DNA of 59,569 bases from Conidiobolus incongruus B7586. Lineage: Eukaryota. Of this stretch, positions 53,941 to 59,569 are shown one piece after another; positions within the stretch are counted from its first letter, which is position 1; each line of letters begins with the position of its first letter. The position numbers and the translations under genes were made by a program. The stretch spans positions 1 to 59,569 of the forward strand of contig JNEM01010760.1 in assembly GCA_000697335.1 (NCBI GenBank), in the 5' to 3' direction. The notes below the pieces were generated by a model. It was not told the DNA's origin. It was given only the letters and a program-made list of their open reading frames with translations, and did not search any database.

Positions 53941-54912
53941 ATGGCTTCTGCTACTGAAATAACTACTCAAATCAATGCTGTGTTTAAGGTGGGTTTGCGG
54001 CATCCGAATCATGAAGAGGGTAGTTGGTACGATGAGGAGAGCATGATTACACCTAATATTATACCTGAAGACTCTACGATTCTACCGCAATCTCCAATCA
54101 TGGCTATCAACCCTGATTCTCTTAATATGTCTAGCAGCGAACCGACATTACAGACGCAAACACCTATACTCCCTGTAGTTAACCCTGATTCTATTGTGAT
54201 TACAACTGATCAATCTAATTCAATCAGAAATTCAATAGACGATGATAGTAGTAATACATCAAGTATCACTCTAGCGAGACCTGCAGTAAATCCTAATCGT
54301 GATATAAATCCAGTTGGAAACCCCATCAATCAACCGGCGCAAGTGCCAGCATTTCTGGATTCATCATTCTTCATCACTCTGGAGGAAGAGGATAGTAGTG
54401 TTGCAACCAAGCTCAATCTCCCGAGTTGGCAAAAACTGTACTTCACATTCCACTATGATAAGCAGTTGGAATATGTGGTGAATCTGAACACTTGCGTAGC
54501 TACAGTCCAGTTCAAAAAGAATTTAAATGTTGCGAAACGCATGGAAATTATGACCATTCTCCTAATGCTCATGGCAATTGGCTCCAGCTTCCTGTTAAGC
54601 TACTGGTTTTTACCTCCAACGACTTCACTAGTCCTCGAAATTAGCTTGGTATCGATCACATTCACATCACTGATCTTAATCATGTACCGCAGCTGGAAAT
54701 ACAGCTACCGCTGCAGCTACCTTGGTCAGATCCTGAAGGAGCAGGACCACGCTGAGACTTTGCGTGCGAATAACCCCACAACCCTCACACTCCCCACTTA
54801 CCAAAGCGTCTACGAACCACCTCCAAATTACGAACCCAATGCCAACACAATACCAGCCAATCAAAACACGAATTCAAATCAATCATCACCAACGAATTCT
54901 CCATCAGTATAA
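53941..54912 (+). CDS. Hypothetical 2-TM membrane protein with a disordered S/P/N-rich N-terminus and C-terminal PY motifs, 323 aa
   Basis: Long GC-elevated ORF with ATG at 53941, two adjacent hydrophobic helices, LPTY and PPNY motifs, and TATATAAA at 53871. Confidence 0.75.
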   Translation: MASATEITTQINAVFKVGLRHPNHEEGSWYDEESMITPNIIPEDSTILPQSPIMAINPDSLNMSSSEPTLQTQTPILPVVNPDSIVITTDQSNSIRNSIDDDSSNTSSITLARPAVNPNRDINPVGNPINQPAQVPAFLDSSFFITLEEEDSSVATKLNLPSWQKLYFTFHYDKQLEYVVNLNTCVATVQFKKNLNVAKRMEIMTILLMLMAIGSSFLLSYWFLPPTTSLVLEISLVSITFTSLILIMYRSWKYSYRCSYLGQILKEQDHAETLRANNPTTLTLPTYQSVYEPPPNYEPNANTIPANQNTNSNQSSPTNSPSV

Positions 54913-55310
54913 TAACCAATATTAGTTTTATGAAAATCCTTTGCCCATTTTCATTAATTTTTTATAGGATTGATTCTCACTATCATCATTACAATTTCCA
55001 AAAATTTTTCTCCACATTCAAGATTTTAATTACATTCTAAGTGATTTAATTTGATATTTTTTTATAAAAAATATCTTAGGAATTTTTAAATAGTTGTTAA
55101 ATGTGTCAAATGTTAAATTTGATCATTTTATAATATTAACCAAATAAAAATTATTTTAAATTTTATTTTCATCAATTATTAGCAATAATAATTATACAAT
55201 TGTGGTGTTTATAATAAATTTTTTCAATAAAGATGCTTGTTAGAAAAGTACTCGTAATACGATTTAATGTACTATTTATTAATAAGTTCATTTAAATAGT
55301 TGATTCAATG

Positions 55311-55401
55311 ATATCCTTTAATTTCCAACCAACAAAGCCACTATAAATGAGAAATAATAAGGACTTAACTATTGAATTGAGATGGACAGGTATTTTCAAA
55401 T
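55311..55401 (+). repeat. ~90-bp dispersed repeat, copy 2
   Basis: Matches 6347-6437 in direct orientation. Confidence 0.75.
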
Positions 55402-57365
55402 TGCAAAGTAATCTTTAATTTTCATTTTTCATTTTTCATTTTCCAAGATTGAGTTTTGAAAATTAAGTATTAACAACCATTATATGGCAAATTAATAATA
55501 TTAATGACATATATAGAGCTATTGAAATTAAAAAACTATTTATTATAAAATTTTCTAATAAATTATTCTAATTTCTATTACTTAAATTCAATTAAATGCG
55601 ACCAAAAAAATTTAAACAAATATATGAAAAAAAGAATTCTTTATTGAATAGATTATTTGTTTTACCCAATTAGAGTAAATTTCAAATATATATTGAATTT
55701 AATTGTTATATTAAATTTTAATACATTTAATTTTATATATCATTTAATACAGTGTACATAATACCACTGGATTTTTCTAACATACATATCAAAAAGAATT
55801 ATTATAATTTCACAAGATTTAATTTTGATTACTTTATATAGTATTCATTACTAATATTGGTTTTATTATATTTACTATGCAAGATATTTTTTAAATCATC
55901 ATTTCAAAAACCATATCATCTAATAATATCAATATCAATATCAAAACTTATGGTCGATTTTTTATATGCACATATAAAACTCTTTAATTTTGACTAACGA
56001 ATGAAATTAATTTGTTCAAAATCAAAAACAGTCACTTTAGATATAAAACTTAATTTTTAATGATTTGATGGAATAAAATTTCAGTATAATGTATTAATCA
56101 ATTATTTCTTCCTCTTTTTTAGGCATCATTACTTATAAAGTATAAAAATTTAAAATAATCAAATCTGATGAATATATATATATATATATATAGAATTAGG
56201 AATATAAATAATTATTTTGAGTATCTAATCATAGGAGATATAAAAATGAATATATTAAAATCTGTTTTCAACATTATTTAGAAAAGTTCAGGTTTTATGA
56301 TAAACATTAATTTATGGTTTTCAATATTAAATTAAATTAAAAATAAGTATTGAAGTAGTCTAATATTTATTTCTATAAAATACATTATAAATATATGTAA
56401 CAATTAAAATATTTATTAATTTATAGTTTAATTATTATTTAATTTTTTTAATAAGTGATACTTCAATTGAAATGTACAATAATATAGCTTTTAGAATCCG
56501 TATCCAATATTAACCAGGATATAATTAATATCAGTTTTTACTTAAACATATAAATATTAATAGATATTTCAAGATTTTTAAATTTTATATCCTGCATCGT
56601 TTTGATAAACTATTAATTCAGATTTTAAAGGTATATAATTGTATACATATTTAAATAATGAACCTTTAGTAACTAGCAATATTCCTGATATAGTAATAAA
56701 TATCTAGCCATAATTACTTTGGACATGTATTAACAATAAAATAAAATAATAGTAATAAATTGCTGTTATCAATATAAAAACAATCTATATTTATGATGTA
56801 ATCATTTAGTAATTTTCAGTCTAAATGATGCTATTGGTAATTCCAACTTGGAAAGAGTAAATTAATTCATTCTGACTTAATTTTCACTCGATTAAGAGTA
56901 AATACTAAGCGTTATATTCTTGAGATTCTGTAATTATTATGTAACTTTTGAAGATGATTGGTGTTATTACTATAATACATTCCTTAAGGTTTATTGATAC
57001 TTCAAGTTTAATACTTATCATCAAATTACATTTATACATCTTCTTCAAATAATTTTGGTTATTATTTCAAAAAGTGTTGCATTATAATTTACTAATTATG
57101 CAAACAAAAAAAATCAAAATTCCTTAAAATTATGATAATATAAGTGATGCTAAAAATAATTTACCTCATAATTAGAGACTATGTCATCTGAAACTAATTT
57201 AAAAATGATGTAATTCAATGCCAATTTTCACACAAGCAAAAATCTTATCAGACATAAATTGATTTTTTTATTCCAAAATATTAATTGAGTATATAAATTC
57301 AGCCCCTTCCAATCATCTATATTAATTATAAAGTAAAATTTAATATTAAAAAAGGATATTGTAAA

Positions 57366-57746
57366 ATGGATTTTCAAAATTTGATCGATAATGATTTAGT
57401 TGGATCCAAAGCTATTTCTAAAGGAGCCATTATTGGATTCGATGCTTCAGTATGGGCATCTAGCAAAGACTTTTCCATTTCCCAAGAAGAAGCTGAAGCC
57501 ATCACTTACGGTTTCAATGATAACAAAGCCATTATGCAAAGAGGTATCCCTGCCAACGGTAAAGAATTCCATACTATGGGCGATGACCCTACGATTATCC
57601 ATGGCAAAAAGGGTCTTGATGGTATTGTATGTGCTAGGAGCAAGAAGGGTGTCGTCATTGGCACATTCGAAGCGCCCACGGAACTTGAGCAAGCACTTCC
57701 CATTGTTAAGAATTTAGCTGATCATCTATCTGATCAAGGTCATTAA
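57366..57746 (+). CDS. Profilin (divergent paralog), 126 aa, intronless
   Basis: Profilin length and motifs: LVGSKAISKGAIIG.D.SVWASS, IHGKKG.DGIVC and VVIG..E, with a C-terminal LADHL...G. Confidence 0.9.
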   Translation: MDFQNLIDNDLVGSKAISKGAIIGFDASVWASSKDFSISQEEAEAITYGFNDNKAIMQRGIPANGKEFHTMGDDPTIIHGKKGLDGIVCARSKKGVVIGTFEAPTELEQALPIVKNLADHLSDQGH

Positions 57747-59569
57747 TAAAATTTGGTAAAATATTTCTATACTCTATTGGAATTTATAAGGTATTTAATC
57801 TATTAATTTTATATAACACTATCAATTCTTAATTTGACTCTATTATAATTTCTACATACAAAATTAATTTAATAATTTTATGAAAATATTTTCACTTTAA
57901 TTTCGATGGTGATTAATTTGCGTAATATATTTAAATTATTATAACAATATTAAAATATATTTTATACTTAAAATATTTTATCTTTGAATTTCATTCTTTT
58001 TAAACAATTTGCTTATATAATATATACACTTAAATTTTTTAGAAGGAATTAAGAATAATTCCAAATGCTTGTTTATTAAATATATATTATTATTTAAAAA
58101 TTTTTAAACTTCTAATAAAATATATATTAGAATTATATATAATCAATTAATAACATGTAAAAGATATTTTTGTATAAAATACTTTGAGTTCAATCTAAAA
58201 TTGCAAATCATCAATCCTTTGTTTTATTATATATCTCTACTACTTTAGATAATTACCATATTTTATAGTGAAAATACTATATAAAAAATACTTAATTGGC
58301 AATATTTGTTTATTATTAGTTTTGTTAATTGATAAAATTACTTATTGATTCTAATTTATTTTTAATGTCACAGTCACATTTTATTAAGGTAAAATTATCC
58401 AAAAAATTGCTTTATTAAATAATCATAAATTTTAATTAATTGGGATAAATATTTTAACTAATAAAAATATATTCACAATATGTTGATTATTAAACTTTTA
58501 AAAGCTTGATTCTGATATATGATTTTTTTTCTAATAATTGATATGCTAATAAAAGTTTATAATAATAAATGGATTAGAAATCAAATTCCCTAATTATGAG
58601 TAATATGTATTTCTGAACTCTTAAAGTTCAATAATTTAATAAAAATTAATAAATCTATTATTTCATATCCCAATTTTATACAATATCAACAAATAATATC
58701 CTTGGATTGTTTGAATATTTTATATATTATAAATTTAATATCAAAGTAATTATATTCCATTTATATGTTAATTTAAAAAATTTAAATTATAGTTAGAATA
58801 TTTGCTAATATAAAAGACTATTACTTAAATCTTATAAATTTTAGCCAATAATAAGATAAAAATAATATATTATATATGACATATTTAAATATTTAATAGG
58901 AAAAGTTTGTGAATGCTATTTTATTAATAATTAAATAAATTTATAAAAATTCAAATAAATAAACTAATTTAAATTATATACTCAAATATTCAATAGCAAT
59001 ATTTACCTTAATCTCCAATATATATTATATATCAGAATTTAAAATTTTTAATATTAATTAAATATAAGATTAAATTTTATATTGATAATCAACTAGAGGA
59101 TGCAAATAGAATATATAAAGCTATAATTACCATATATGGCATATATTTTTAGATAAGAATAATTAAGTAATATTTTTGCTAGATTAAATAACAATAATTA
59201 TATTTTTTAAATATAAACTTATTTTAAAAGATAAAAATTATTCTTTTAAAAAAAGTTATATTAAAAACAATTATATAAAATAAAAAATTAAAGTTATTTT
59301 ATGTTATAAAAATAATTATTATATTATCACTTTAAATTTAAATTATTTTTGAAATTAATTTTGATATTATTATTAATAAAAATTTTTATCAATATCTTAA
59401 AGGATAGTATTTATAAATAAGATTAATCATAGTGTATAATATGATAAATCTAATATATTTTATCTTGATTTATAATTTTTGAATATATTATCAATTAAGA
59501 ATTTTCTTTTTAAAATATATTTTAAATTGAATATTTTTTTTAATATTAAATATAATACAGATATATATT

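Noticed and set aside
58700..59569. Extremely AT-rich, CpG-free window end, possibly another mutated transposon
   Set aside because: No TIR or convincing transposase motif could be read.
1..59569. CRISPR arrays, rRNA, or prokaryotic operons and defence systems
   Set aside because: The DNA is eukaryotic and intron-containing. No regularly spaced repeats or rRNA-like sequence were seen, and the recurring ~30-bp motifs are Tc1 terminal and inner repeats.

Overview
This is a very AT-rich eukaryotic window with short GT-AG introns. The gene content suggests a fungus, plausibly an early-diverging entomophthoralean (Conidiobolus/Neoconidiobolus-like); that lineage call is inference. Apparently intact genes are two SLC35F6-like transporters, an Emi1-family protein, SGF29, PRP3, a secreted PNGase A, a 1-Cys peroxiredoxin, a Bet1/Sft1-like SNARE, a divergent profilin, two unknown proteins and tRNA-Arg(UCU). 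There are three pseudogenes (kelch-type membrane protein, PNGase A, profilin) and many transposon relics: a nested Tc1 (DD34E) cluster with a 396-bp MITE, two more full-length Tc1 copies, a PIF/Harbinger element, mariner relics, a probable Ty3/gypsy relic and a solo-LTR-like island. The main signal is that long repeats keep near-identical length (1570-1574 bp) yet are saturated with C>T/G>A transitions in CpG, CpA and CpT contexts and show no CpG by eye. Short repeats and the diverged PNGase pseudogene are spared or less affected. This resembles a RIP-like repeat-directed mutagenesis system, possibly in a lineage outside Dikarya. All counts were made by hand.
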